DNA of 64,000 nt from a virus, in IMG/VR virus record IMGVR_UViG_3300036770_001537; one strand, given 5' to 3'. The translations under genes were made by a program, and so were the position numbers. How positions within the stretch are numbered: the stretch's first letter is position 1; each line of letters begins with the position of its first letter. Of this stretch, positions 1-10,043 are shown piece by piece. The notes beneath the pieces were generated by a model. The model did no database searches, was not told the origin of the DNA, and saw only the letters and a program-made list of their open reading frames with translations.

Positions 1-737
1 AGTCTAACTGGAAGACAAGCAGTAGTCATATATGGACCATCTACAATATTTGCATGATGGAATGAATGACAATGAATCAATTGACCGTTGATAACAAACC
101 CACAACGAACTGTTCCAAGACCAAGCCATTCAATATCAATAAACATAATCTGTGCTTTGGTAATATCTAATGTCAAACCGGATGGACCTGCTCCATCTAA
201 TTTATCATAATTCCAATCTGCTTGTTCAACTGGAGTATCAGTTGGTGTGCTTGTAGAATTGCTTCTTTTGACAAATGATAATGTTGAACCATCAAGTTCC
301 AAGAATATTCCGTTTCTAGTATCAAAGTATCCAACTCTTTGTCTCAATCCTTCTTTTGCAGGATTCATAATAAATGTTTGTAGAATCTGTAGAGATTTTC
401 CTGGCTGGTATGCAAACACCCTTCTAGTTTCACGAATAACTTCTGCTCCGGATGAAGTATTAACACTCATTGAAAATGCAGCAGTATTTGCAGTATATGA
501 ATATGTTCCACCACCAGTATTGGCAGTATGAAATTTACCGTTTGGGTCATAACGATGTTGTGAATCAAATAATGTTAGTGGTGTTGAAACTCTTGCACGA
601 CCAAAGGCATCTACAGCCATGCCTGAAGGATTGGCTGCACCGACTAAATTACCATATTGATCTGCCAACATAACTGCTTCAAATATAGTAGTTTCTTGTG
701 GAAGATAACGATATGTGTCTTTTCTAAATTGTGCCAT
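1..737 (-). CDS. Hypothetical, probably virion-associated protein (partial, runs off the window start)
   Basis: Not in the ORF track. Read by hand from ATG at 737: MAQFRKDTYRYLPQETTIFEAVMLADQYGNLVGAANPSGMAVDAFGRARVSTPLTLFDS. Preceded by a late promoter at 769-776. Confidence 0.75.
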   Translation of the reverse strand, partial: MAQFRKDTYRYLPQETTIFEAVMLADQYGNLVGAANPSGMAVDAFGRARVSTPLTLFDSQHRYDPNGKFHTANTGGGTYSYTANTAAFSMSVNTSSGAEVIRETRRVFAYQPGKSLQILQTFIMNPAKEGLRQRVGYFDTRNGIFLELDGSTLSFVKRSNSTSTPTDTPVEQADWNYDKLDGAGPSGLTLDITKAQIMFIDIEWLGLGTVRCGFVINGQLIHCHSFHHANIVDGPYMTTACLPVR

Positions 738-768
738 TATACCATCTCTTATTTTGAGTTATCATGTA

Positions 769-776
769 TATTTATA
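769..776 (-). promoter_or_regulatory. T4-type late promoter TATAAATA
   Basis: Exact match, just downstream of the gp23 terminator and upstream of the ORF starting at 737. Confidence 0.75.
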
Positions 777-783
777 AAACCAC

Positions 784-811
784 AAAAAAAGAGGGGATTT
801 CTCCCCTCTTT
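784..811 (-). terminator. Rho-independent terminator after gp23
   Basis: AAAGAGGGGA-GAAA-TCCCCTCTTT followed by a T run on the minus strand. Confidence 0.9.
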
Positions 812-841
812 AGTATTTTATTGTTCTTATTATTAACAGAA

Positions 842-2182
842 TTATGTGAGGTTACGGACTCTGAAAATTCTGTAGTAGATGTTTGCGTTGTTGGCATTGG
901 TGTTACGTGGAGCAACAGCACCATCACCAGCAGCAGTAGCAAATGGGTTAGCAACCATACCATAACGGGTTTTGAAGCCGATCTTTGGTTGGAAGGTGTC
1001 TTGACCGATTGCACGAACCATTTGTAGTGGAACGTATGGGCAATAGAATAGACCAGCGTCATAAGGTGATGTACCTTTATAACCAACTGTGCAGAGTTCA
1101 TCGCCATTAGCGGAACCACCGAAATATGGATCGATATAAACTTTGATTCGGCCATGTAGTGTGCCAGCAAAGGTATTACCTGTGTCGTCAACAACTAGAT
1201 CGGCTTGTAGAGCAGGTGTATAATCGAGAACACCAGCCATTGCAAGAGCAGAAGCAACGTCTGAAGAAACGATTAGGGTATTGCCCTTCCCTCTACGTGT
1301 TGCACGAGCAATAGCGTTGCATTCACGTTCGATTTGGAAAACCATACCTTTGAACTTTTCAACTGACCAACGGCCATTTGAATCTGTATCAAGATCGAAT
1401 GTACCAGCAGATGTAACACCATATTGTGCACCAACTGTAGCAGAAGAATAGATTGTACGAACTACTTCACGATTGATTTCAGCAAGAATTTCTGTTGAAA
1501 GAATGTTAGCTAGTTCGGTTTCTGCATCAAGACCGTGAACTGCTTTGAGGTCTTGTGCTAGTTCCATTGTGTACTCTGCTTTTAGAGCACGGCTACGGGC
1601 AGTAACAGTAACCTTGTCGATGTTGAATGCCATTTCAGCAAATTGATTTGTTGAAACGTCACCGAGTGCTTCTGCTTGACCAGTTGTCATGCCACGGCCA
1701 TAGCCATAAACGTCGTCGTCACCTAGAGCAAAAACTGGGTTTGTGTTGGCAAATGAACCACGGACGTTACCATTAGCACCGAGAGCATTTGTACCAGAGA
1801 AAGCAGTATTTGCTTCGTTGAATAGTGCTTCTGTGCCAGTTTGATTCTTGTAACGTGAACGCATTGCGAAAATTAGTCCTGTTGGACCAGTCATAGGCTG
1901 AACACCACAGATGTCATAAGCAATGAGGTTTGGTAGTGCACGACGAACTAGTGAGATAAGAATTGGATCGTATGCAGCAATGTTTGTGCCTGAACCAAGA
2001 CCACCACCAGCATTTGTTGGTGCGGTTTCATTTAGTTGGCGTGATTCTTCAGCCATTGCTTTTTCTTGGTTCTCAAGAATGATAGCAGTAACTGCACGAC
2101 GATATGGGTCTTTAATTTTTGAAAGACCGTCGTGGTCGAGAACTGGGGACCACTTATTTTCTAGGGCTTCTGAAAGATACAT
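842..2182 (-). CDS. gp23: Major capsid protein
   Basis: T4 gp23 motifs: CGVQPMTGPTGLIFAMR, SRALKAEYTMELAQDLKAVHGLDAE, FQPKIGFKTRYG. Confidence 0.98.
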   Translation of the reverse strand: MYLSEALENKWSPVLDHDGLSKIKDPYRRAVTAIILENQEKAMAEESRQLNETAPTNAGGGLGSGTNIAAYDPILISLVRRALPNLIAYDICGVQPMTGPTGLIFAMRSRYKNQTGTEALFNEANTAFSGTNALGANGNVRGSFANTNPVFALGDDDVYGYGRGMTTGQAEALGDVSTNQFAEMAFNIDKVTVTARSRALKAEYTMELAQDLKAVHGLDAETELANILSTEILAEINREVVRTIYSSATVGAQYGVTSAGTFDLDTDSNGRWSVEKFKGMVFQIERECNAIARATRRGKGNTLIVSSDVASALAMAGVLDYTPALQADLVVDDTGNTFAGTLHGRIKVYIDPYFGGSANGDELCTVGYKGTSPYDAGLFYCPYVPLQMVRAIGQDTFQPKIGFKTRYGMVANPFATAAGDGAVAPRNTNANNANIYYRIFRVRNLT

Positions 2183-2210
2183 TTTTGTTATTCTCCTTAT
2201 AGGGTTTTTA

Positions 2211-3455
2211 TTATCTTGGTAATTTTTTACCTAAAGTTCTTACATAAGCAGCCATTGGGCCACTCAATTCTTCAGTTAACACTTTTCCATCTGATGGTTC
2301 TACTGGATCAAGTGCGTCTAGTCTATTCACTGGCTTAGTGAAATAGCCTTCACGGAGGGTGGCTACTTTACCAGCAAACTCGTCTGGTGATGTGAAGTTT
2401 ACATTTTCAGCGAGAGTTAGTAGTTTCTCAGCTTCTGTGTTTGTTAGACCTTCACATGCATTAGAGATGATTTCGTGCTTGAGAGATTCGTTAAGTGTTT
2501 TTGTTAGTTCAACATTCTTGGAAATCTCTTCGTTGAGTTGGTTTTCTAGTGCTTCAACTCTTGAGCCTAGTTCTTCAACTACAGATACTTTGTCTTCTGG
2601 AACATCAATGTAGTTTTCTGCAAATAGTGTCTTAAGGCCAGAAATAAATTCTTCGGTGATTTCTGTGCGAAGACCTGTTTCAATGGCAACTTCATTTTCA
2701 GCTACCCATTGTTCGACAACATATGATAGATATGAATCGACTTGTTCTGTAAGTTGTTCCATGATAGCAGAAACTTCTTCTTCAAGAGATTTTGCATATG
2801 CTTCTTCAAGAACAGAAACTTCTTCTTGGACTCGTGTTAGAACGGCAGACTCAAAGATTGTTTCAGCTTTGGCACGGAAATCTTCTGATAGGTTTTCACC
2901 AGCAAGAAGGGCATCAACGTGCTCTTTCATTGTTTCTTTATTCATATGTGAAGACTCGTCCATTTCTTTCTTGTCTTCTTTTTCATCTTCTTTTTCGTCT
3001 TCGTCTTTTTCTTCTACGATTTCAAAGTTTTCAGCAATTGCTTCTGCAATCTCATCTTCTGAGTAACCTTCTTCAATCATCTCGTTGATGAATGCTTCTA
3101 GTTCTTCAGAAATTTCTACTTCTTCGTCTTCCATAATTGATGCCTGTTGTGTTGGTTTTTCAGCAGGAACGGCAGATTGGGCAGAACGAGAATTATCTTT
3201 ACCCATCTTTGCAGCAGCCTTGGCTGAAGGTGGAACATCTGTATTGTTTACCAATGCTGGACCCAAATCTTCAGCAGCTTCTGCACCACCGGGAGCATTT
3301 GATCCAGGATTAGCAAATCTGCCTTCTACGGACCTTGAACCGGGATGTAATGTCTGCATATTAGGTGTCATAGACTTTGCACCACGATCTGGCGTAGGAT
3401 CATCAGATTCTTTCATTAGAATCTGCTTTGCTGTTTCTGTTAATGACTTAGCCAT
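2211..3455 (-). CDS. gp22: Prohead core scaffold protein
   Basis: Acidic coiled coil with LSEDFRAKAETIFESA and YLSYVVEQWVAENEVAIETGLRTEITEEF; lies directly upstream of gp23. Confidence 0.93.
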   Translation of the reverse strand: MAKSLTETAKQILMKESDDPTPDRGAKSMTPNMQTLHPGSRSVEGRFANPGSNAPGGAEAAEDLGPALVNNTDVPPSAKAAAKMGKDNSRSAQSAVPAEKPTQQASIMEDEEVEISEELEAFINEMIEEGYSEDEIAEAIAENFEIVEEKDEDEKEDEKEDKKEMDESSHMNKETMKEHVDALLAGENLSEDFRAKAETIFESAVLTRVQEEVSVLEEAYAKSLEEEVSAIMEQLTEQVDSYLSYVVEQWVAENEVAIETGLRTEITEEFISGLKTLFAENYIDVPEDKVSVVEELGSRVEALENQLNEEISKNVELTKTLNESLKHEIISNACEGLTNTEAEKLLTLAENVNFTSPDEFAGKVATLREGYFTKPVNRLDALDPVEPSDGKVLTEELSGPMAAYVRTLGKKLPR

Positions 3456-3481
3456 TATAGTTAACTCCTTTTTTATTTTAG

Positions 3482-3489
3482 TATTTATA
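3482..3489 (-). promoter_or_regulatory. T4-type late promoter TATAAATA (gp22-gp23)
   Basis: Exact match 26 nt upstream of the gp22 ATG. Confidence 0.8.
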
Positions 3490-3493
3490 ATTC

Positions 3494-4129
3494 TTACAAT
3501 TTTGAGATAGCAGAAAATCCCTTATGGTGTTTTCTTTTTCCAGTTGTAGTAGAATATAAATGCGACTGTGACAATTCATATATTCTACAAAATTCATTCA
3601 TATTAAAAATTTCTTCTTTGTGTCCATCCGGAAAAGTTATAATATACCATTTAGATTTACTGTTTCCTATGTTCTTTTTATGGTTAGAACTTCTCTCGGG
3701 TTTCTTTTTGTTTATATTCGCAGCAGATATTTTATCTTTTTGCTCTTGTGTCATAGGAGGTCTGCGTCTCATTCTCAAAGCATTAGATATTTTTTCTTTT
3801 GCTTTTTCTGAATTTGGTATACCTAATCTAGAAGGAGGTCTTAAGTCTACACCAACTCTATTCGTGATATGTTTTCCAAACATACTGTGACAAATTTTTA
3901 TCATATGATATTCTAGATCATATGCATATTTTTCATCATCTATATTTTCAACAATATATGTAACTCTAGGTTCGTGACCGAGCATTCTTATATTATTTAT
4001 TGTTGATAGTTTTTTCAAATTATTTTTATCTCTACCATTAATATGCGTATATGCTCTATCGCCCTTTCCTTTGCCGATGTAAAAAGGAATATTATTAATA
4101 GGGTCTACTAGTGCATATACATAATACAT
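3494..4129 (-). mobile_element. Free-standing GIY-YIG homing endonuclease (LEM-3-like catalytic domain plus NUMOD3-like repeats)
   Basis: YVY-x-L-x-DP...PFYIGKG-x3-R; C-terminal SEKAKEKIS and TQEQKDKIS repeats; inserted between gp21 and gp22. Confidence 0.85.
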
Positions 4130-4130
4130 A

Positions 4131-4787
4131 TTAAATACTTTTTATGAGATTTTCAAACAATATAAGAGATTTTTCTTCAATTTGTCTCCTAGAAAATGTT
4201 TTTATTTGCTTTCTTGTCTGTTCGACATATCTTTGGTGCCATTTTCCAGTAAGATTATCTAACCACCAGTCGTAGTTCTCCATAATACCTTCAACAAATG
4301 CGTTTGGAGCAGAAGGGTCTGCGACGATATCTGCTGCTGTAGCAAGTTTGTAATCATCTTGAACTAATTGATAACCATTATGTGGCTTTAGTGAACCTAC
4401 ACCTCTTGTTGAAACACCTAAATTAGCACCAGAGTCTAATAGACCTTTCACTATATTTCCCATAGGAGTATCTACAATTTTAGCTTTGCCTATGAAATTA
4501 TTTCCATCTGGACGAAGACTTGTAATCATATGTGAAACTCTATCCAGATTGATCGTTGGATTATCAGGATGACCAAGTTCTCCATATGCACGATTCTTAT
4601 TTACATACTCAGAGTTGTATCTGTCTACTTCTTTATTTAGTGTAGCAAAAGGATATACTCTGCCGTTTTTATTCTTTTGATCTGCTTGCATGAAGATGCC
4701 AGAAATATGATAAGACTTCTTACCACTTTCTTTATTGTCTTCTATGAGATATTTGATCTCTGAGATTTCTTCTGAAATTAATTTCAT
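4131..4787 (-). CDS. gp21: Prohead core protease
   Basis: GIFMQADQKNKNGRVYP, GELGHP, LGVSTRGVGSL, DIVADPSAPNAFV. Confidence 0.96.
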   Translation of the reverse strand: MKLISEEISEIKYLIEDNKESGKKSYHISGIFMQADQKNKNGRVYPFATLNKEVDRYNSEYVNKNRAYGELGHPDNPTINLDRVSHMITSLRPDGNNFIGKAKIVDTPMGNIVKGLLDSGANLGVSTRGVGSLKPHNGYQLVQDDYKLATAADIVADPSAPNAFVEGIMENYDWWLDNLTGKWHQRYVEQTRKQIKTFSRRQIEEKSLILFENLIKSI

Positions 4788-4791
4788 TTGT

Positions 4792-5034
4792 TTAGAATCC
4801 TAATCTTTTTCTTTTGAGGATAGACCTTTTTCTTTTCATGATGATTCTAGCCATTTTAGGTCTTTTTTTAATCTTTGCTCTCTTTTGGCCGAGTCTTCTA
4901 TTGCGTCTTTCAGCAACAGTCATTTTTGTCATCTTGCCACCACGGAGAGTATAGCCGGGAACATTAGACACTTTCTTTCGTCTTTGAACTTGTCCATTTC
5001 TAATTCTAAGTTTGACTAATTTAACTCGTGCCAT
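4792..5034 (-). CDS. Very basic small prohead core protein (gp68-like)
   Basis: Arg/Lys-rich 80 aa immediately upstream of gp21, the position of gp68-like core genes in T4-like phages. Confidence 0.55.
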   Translation of the reverse strand: MARVKLVKLRIRNGQVQRRKKVSNVPGYTLRGGKMTKMTVAERRNRRLGQKRAKIKKRPKMARIIMKRKRSILKRKRLGF

Positions 5035-5336
5035 TATTGTCTTCTTTTCGCTGCCAATTTCATTTTCTTGCGTTTCTTTTTCAGGTAATTATATACAGCC
5101 ACATTATCAAGACTAGATCGATTTGCCTTTTTAGAAACTTCTACTGTCTTTTTAGACTTATCTTCCTCATCTTCTTCATCATCTTTTTTCTTATCTTTTT
5201 TTGCTTCATAGAGGAATGCAGAAATCATCTTTTTCTTTTCTTCCAACTTAGACTCGACAAGTGAAGCAACTTTGAAGTCAAATTCTTTTTTGGCTTCAAT
5301 AAGGTTTTTATCTATGATGTTTTGAATAAATTTCAT
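5034..5336 (-). CDS. Putative prohead core protein (gp67/68-like)
   Basis: Charged helical protein in the head-core cluster; start/stop overlaps with neighbours. Confidence 0.45.
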   Translation of the reverse strand: MKFIQNIIDKNLIEAKKEFDFKVASLVESKLEEKKKMISAFLYEAKKDKKKDDEEDEEDKSKKTVEVSKKANRSSLDNVAVYNYLKKKRKKMKLAAKRRQ

Positions 5337-5854
5337 AGTGAGTATGGTCCTCTATTGAATGCTGCTGGGTCTGCGGTTTGTCCTTGATCGTAATCACCGC
5401 TTTCTTTTCTAACTTCAACGAAAAGAGTAAAGTTGTCATTGGCTTTCATACCATAAGTAGAGATTAGAATATCGCCAGAACTATTTGCCTCTGGATTTGG
5501 GAATGTGCCGTGACCAACTCCTCCCCATGCTTCACCAGAATAATCAAATGAATCGTTGGATACTACAATGATTTCTGAGTTGGAATCACCATGCCACTGT
5601 AATTTAAGGTATCCTGTAGAATCTGGGCCAATGTTAGTTGCTCCCTTGATTCTGCTGATTGTTGTTCTGTATGTTGATTTTTGGTCCGTATCAGATGTCA
5701 TGATGTAACCATTGGCATTTAGTGCATATGCTAATGTTGAAACATCTATTAGTGTGGCATTTGAAAATTGTGTGCCATCAGAAACACAAACAAACTTAAT
5801 CAATGCTCGTCTGTTTGTATCAACAATTCTATGTTCTCTTAGTAAATTTGCCAT
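5333..5854 (-). CDS. Hypothetical conserved virion protein
   Basis: 173-aa ORF tightly coupled within the head cluster; beta-rich. Confidence 0.6.
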   Translation of the reverse strand: MANLLREHRIVDTNRRALIKFVCVSDGTQFSNATLIDVSTLAYALNANGYIMTSDTDQKSTYRTTISRIKGATNIGPDSTGYLKLQWHGDSNSEIIVVSNDSFDYSGEAWGGVGHGTFPNPEANSSGDILISTYGMKANDNFTLFVEVRKESGDYDQGQTADPAAFNRGPYSL

Positions 5855-5855
5855 A

Positions 5856-7331
5856 TTAATGCCTAACTATAAAATTGATTGCTTGTTTGAATGATGTAAT
5901 ATCTTCAGACAACATTCTCTCGATTTTCTTCTTGTTATCTTCGTTGAGAGAATTGTAAATCTTCATTACTTTTTTTGCTGTTCCTTTATTTATAGTAACA
6001 GAGTTTTCATCAGAAAAATGAATAACACTTTCTGAGAGAGACTTGCTCTTGGAAAGTTTTTTGATTAGTGATAGGTTGGATTCCCACATATTTCTTTTTG
6101 CTGTTGGAGAAGAATATGTTGCTGGTTGTTGTGTATTATATGCAGCTACTTGTTGTGCTACTACAGTTGGATCGTTAGTTGCTTGCTGCCCACCACCATA
6201 CACTCTACCTAAATTACTGGCACCAGCTTGAACTTCACCTCTTCTTGTGAATCCATATACAGTTTGATCTGTTTGTTTTTTTACTCCCGATAAATCAACA
6301 TCACCAATAGCTTTTGCAGCAGCTTTAATACCTTTACCAACTAATTTCATAAGCCTACCTGCTTTTGATCTACCTGCACCTTTAAGAGCACCTTTAGCCA
6401 AAGCTCCGGCACCGGCTTTTTTCCCTAAACCTTTAGCTACCATTTTAGCTGCTTGAACGCCTTTAACTGCACCTTTTGCAACACTTAATCCAGCGGCACC
6501 AGGAATTGCTAAACTGCCCCACTCACCAGCAGAGGATGCTGTTGGATTTTCTTTTTCATATTTTTCAGGATCGCCGCCCAATGCTTTAGCGGCAGTATCA
6601 CTTAATCCAAAAGTTGCACCTCTTGCTACACCATAACCAAATGCCTTTGTCCTATCTTGCCAATTATCCCCTTCATTTAATTTATTTTCTCTAATTTGTT
6701 GAAGATTTCTTTTAAATCTGTTGGGAGATTCTTCTTTCAATTTCATGCCGGGAGCAAATTTCAATCTTGGATTTTCAGGCTCGTTCTGCTTCATATTTTT
6801 GAGAATATCAGAAGTATCAACATCCTTCTGCATTTCTCTGGCAGATGGAGATTTGGCATTTCCACTTGGAATCTTATTACCATCTTCTGGGCTTACTTTG
6901 GTATCAACACTCTCATTCATAGTCATACCTAATGGCTCACCTTTAGGTCCATATGGAATAGAGATATATCTGTCTAATGATTGTGAATAATACAATGCTA
7001 CTTTTTGATTATCGGGATACACTCTAATAGCCTTTCTTTTTAGGATTATGACTGTAGGTAGTTCTTGTTCGGTATGCTTACCAGAAAATCTTTTATCATA
7101 CTTACTCAGATGGTCTTGCTTTTCACATAGAATTTCTTCTGTCAAAACATCAGTAAATTCTTTCAGTGCTTTCGCTTCAGCCATAGTCATGTTATTAGGA
7201 TTTTTATTCAATGCTCTTTTGATAAGATTCAATCGTTTTTCTTCAAACAAACCAACTTCTGCCAATAAATCAATATTATCGGCTAAATCAACTTTATCGG
7301 CTTCTGATAGAATTTGTTTGATTGTCTTCAT
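5856..7331 (-). CDS. Putative internal head protein
   Basis: N-terminus MKTIKQILSE resembles a capsid-targeting sequence; Gly/Ala-rich central segment; in the head-core cluster. Confidence 0.55.
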   Translation of the reverse strand: MKTIKQILSEADKVDLADNIDLLAEVGLFEEKRLNLIKRALNKNPNNMTMAEAKALKEFTDVLTEEILCEKQDHLSKYDKRFSGKHTEQELPTVIILKRKAIRVYPDNQKVALYYSQSLDRYISIPYGPKGEPLGMTMNESVDTKVSPEDGNKIPSGNAKSPSAREMQKDVDTSDILKNMKQNEPENPRLKFAPGMKLKEESPNRFKRNLQQIRENKLNEGDNWQDRTKAFGYGVARGATFGLSDTAAKALGGDPEKYEKENPTASSAGEWGSLAIPGAAGLSVAKGAVKGVQAAKMVAKGLGKKAGAGALAKGALKGAGRSKAGRLMKLVGKGIKAAAKAIGDVDLSGVKKQTDQTVYGFTRRGEVQAGASNLGRVYGGGQQATNDPTVVAQQVAAYNTQQPATYSSPTAKRNMWESNLSLIKKLSKSKSLSESVIHFSDENSVTINKGTAKKVMKIYNSLNEDNKKKIERMLSEDITSFKQAINFIVRH

Positions 7332-7480
7332 TATTTCTTACCAAAAAAATCTTGTGCTACTACGATCTTCTTTTCTTCTAGTCTTTGAGCAACCTTTTGC
7401 TTGATGACCTTCTCAAAGTTTTCTTTCATTGCTGAATATTTTTCATCAAGCATGTTCATAATGGCTTCTTTAATATGCAT
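7331..7480 (-). CDS. Small prohead core protein (gp67-like), 49 aa
   Basis: Below the ORF-track cutoff: MHIKEAIMNMLDENYSAMKENFEKVIKQKVAQRLEEKKIVVAQDFFGKK; AAGGAG RBS and late promoter upstream. Confidence 0.7.
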   Translation of the reverse strand: MHIKEAIMNMLDEKYSAMKENFEKVIKQKVAQRLEEKKIVVAQDFFGKK

Positions 7481-7507
7481 TTAACTCTCCTTGTAAAGAT
7501 ACAGTTA

Positions 7508-7515
7508 TATTTATA
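7508..7515 (-). promoter_or_regulatory. T4-type late promoter TATAAATA
   Basis: Exact match upstream of the 49-aa core gene. Confidence 0.75.
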
Positions 7516-8373
7516 TTATTTTGTAATACAGTTGAAAAACAGAATTTCAAGATTAATGTCTTGTGATACTGCATTACTTCCGACTAGAGTGTTTGGCCCA
7601 TCAACGATTTCTACAACCGTTCCTCTTGGTAACAGAAACTCCATATCTTCAGAGTTGGCAGAGAAGTCTGAAATATACATGCCTCTAGAATTTTTTCTGA
7701 TATTCAACTGTAGAATGGCTGCCATATTTCTACCAGCAGGACTTTTCTGTTTATTTTCGGATGAGTTTAATGCAGTATTTAAACTTAATGTTGTGTTTCT
7801 GTATGACTTGAATACAAATGATCGGCCAACAACAAAATCTTCTATGTTATAGTCTGGGCCTAATTTTACGAACACTGGAAAATCGAATGGTGCTCTGATC
7901 TTCTTGATTGCAGAATCTAGGCTTTCTACAACATTTGATATCGTATCTTCGGGAGATGTTACTTCAATTTTCTTGGCTGGAACATTAGGTGGCATCATAG
8001 ACAATCTATTATTGATGTCATAATAACCACCGTTGGTAAATGTATAGATAGCATTCAATTCATCATCGTCATATCTATCTGGTGTATATGCTGCGACCAA
8101 CTCTTGATGATATTGCTGAATGACGGGATCAACCAAAGACGAATATGCTCCAATATCATCCATATTATTTGCTTTGAATGTATTGGTTTTGACTGCTCTA
8201 TTAAAAGGAACTAACTTATCATTGACATTGATATGCGTGACTTGTTGTGTCTTTGGGTCTTCATACCGACCAAAGCCAACATAGTTTAGTCCAAGATTAG
8301 CAGCATCATATGCAGCATATGATGGTTCTTCGGTCTTTAATTGGTTTAAGTCTTCTTTGATGATCTTCTTCAT
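7516..8373 (-). CDS. VIP2/Alt-like ADP-ribosyltransferase-fold protein with degenerate motifs
   Basis: ELNAIYTFTNGGYYDINNRL helix, FKSYRNTTLS at the STS position, EDMEFLLPRG at the ExE-LLPR motif. Confidence 0.7.
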   Translation of the reverse strand: MKKIIKEDLNQLKTEEPSYAAYDAANLGLNYVGFGRYEDPKTQQVTHINVNDKLVPFNRAVKTNTFKANNMDDIGAYSSLVDPVIQQYHQELVAAYTPDRYDDDELNAIYTFTNGGYYDINNRLSMMPPNVPAKKIEVTSPEDTISNVVESLDSAIKKIRAPFDFPVFVKLGPDYNIEDFVVGRSFVFKSYRNTTLSLNTALNSSENKQKSPAGRNMAAILQLNIRKNSRGMYISDFSANSEDMEFLLPRGTVVEIVDGPNTLVGSNAVSQDINLEILFFNCITK

Positions 8374-10022
8374 TGTAAAAATTCCAGTTCGTTGGCTTGT
8401 GTTTCAAACTTAGATGGTAATGGTGGCAGAATTGGTTGTCCGTCTGGTCCAATAGGATTACCGTCTGGTCCAATTGGCAATGGTTTGCCGTCTGGTCCCA
8501 ATCCTTGTGCAGCCAATTGTGCTTGTTGCTCTTGCTGTTGCTGAGCCTGAATTTCAGCCTCTTGCTGCATTTGAATATTGATTTCTTCAATCTCATCATC
8601 TGTTTGATACAGAACATTTCTTCTAACCCATTCTAATGAATAGTATTTTCCTACATATGGATCAATCATCTGTAGAGTTTGAAGTCTTGTTCCAAGAAGT
8701 TCAGATTCTTTAAGTTCAGTAAAGTTATTGTCTTTCTTGAAGTCATACCAAACTTTTTCTTTGAACTCTTTCCATTCTTCTTCAGTACAAACTCTTTTTA
8801 GAACAAGTTGGACTCTCATCAAATCGTCAAATAGTGTAGAGAATTTATTCCTTAGCCTTTGAACGAACTTTGTAAATTTCAATTCATCTCTGGTGATCTC
8901 TGTTGTTCTGCCGAGAGAAAATCCTTGCTGTGCTTCCAATCTTGAGATTGGAACGCCGAGTGATTTGTATAACTTCTTTTCAAAATACTGAACGTCTTCC
9001 ATCTGGCCTAAATTTTGCCCACCGGGAAGTGTTGTGATTTCTGTTCCTTTGCTACCTTCACGTCTTGGTAGCCAAAAATCTTCAAGCATAGAAAGATGTT
9101 TTCTATCATCTTTAATTTCACCAGTGCTAGAATCATATACAAGTTTGTTTCTATACTTGACCATGATATCACGAAGATATTGTTCTGCTTTGATCGTTGG
9201 CATGTTACCAACATCAACATAGAATATTCTGCGTTCTGGTGCTCTTGATAATCTGTAAATTACTGTAGCATCTTCAATCATTCTCAACTGATTGAGTGGC
9301 TTGATTGCTTTATGTAGATATGAGAGAACCATTGCTCTCTTAGAATCCATCAAACCAGAATTGACATTTACGATAGCATCTGTTGAAATTTTGGTGCCTA
9401 GGTTAGAATGTGCACCGATTACACCTCTTTCATTATAAAGATAGTATTCATTCTGCTTTTTGATGATTTCCATGCCCGTTTTTGGGTCTTTGGTCTTTTG
9501 AATCTCACGAATCTTTCGGATTCTTCGTGGATCAATATATCTAATTTCTTGAATGCCTTTGGCTGGTGATGATTCATCAATGACAACATGATAGAACATT
9601 CTACCATCAATATACCATCTTCTGAAAATATCATGTCCCATGTTACCAAAGTTCAAGAGTTTCTGAACATACTCAAATTCGTCACGCATCTTTTTCTTGA
9701 TTGCGTCGGAGATTTCTAGATCATCAACATTGATTTCTACCGAGTGTCCTGAGTCTTCAATTACAACTGCTTCATTGACAATTTCATCAATAGCAGTTTC
9801 TAATTCTGGCTGCATAGACATTTCACGATATCTGGTGATCAGTTCAATTTCATTACGAACAACACCATCAAGATCAACATATGTGCCATAATACGACCCA
9901 GATTGAATGGTGACTGCACCATCATCATTCTGAGGCAAGGCAAATGTTTTATTTTGCTCATCCTGATTATGCTGTTTATTTGGTTTTCGGGATATCTCGA
10001 ACCCGAATAATGTCACGGCCAT
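8370..10022 (-). CDS. gp20: Portal vertex protein
   Basis: IYRLSRAPERRIFYVDVGNMP, MLEDFWLPRREG, EITRDELKF. Confidence 0.97.
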   Translation of the reverse strand: MAVTLFGFEISRKPNKQHNQDEQNKTFALPQNDDGAVTIQSGSYYGTYVDLDGVVRNEIELITRYREMSMQPELETAIDEIVNEAVVIEDSGHSVEINVDDLEISDAIKKKMRDEFEYVQKLLNFGNMGHDIFRRWYIDGRMFYHVVIDESSPAKGIQEIRYIDPRRIRKIREIQKTKDPKTGMEIIKKQNEYYLYNERGVIGAHSNLGTKISTDAIVNVNSGLMDSKRAMVLSYLHKAIKPLNQLRMIEDATVIYRLSRAPERRIFYVDVGNMPTIKAEQYLRDIMVKYRNKLVYDSSTGEIKDDRKHLSMLEDFWLPRREGSKGTEITTLPGGQNLGQMEDVQYFEKKLYKSLGVPISRLEAQQGFSLGRTTEITRDELKFTKFVQRLRNKFSTLFDDLMRVQLVLKRVCTEEEWKEFKEKVWYDFKKDNNFTELKESELLGTRLQTLQMIDPYVGKYYSLEWVRRNVLYQTDDEIEEINIQMQQEAEIQAQQQQEQQAQLAAQGLGPDGKPLPIGPDGNPIGPDGQPILPPLPSKFETQANELEFLQ

Positions 10023-10043
10023 TAAATATTTCTCCTTGAAAAT

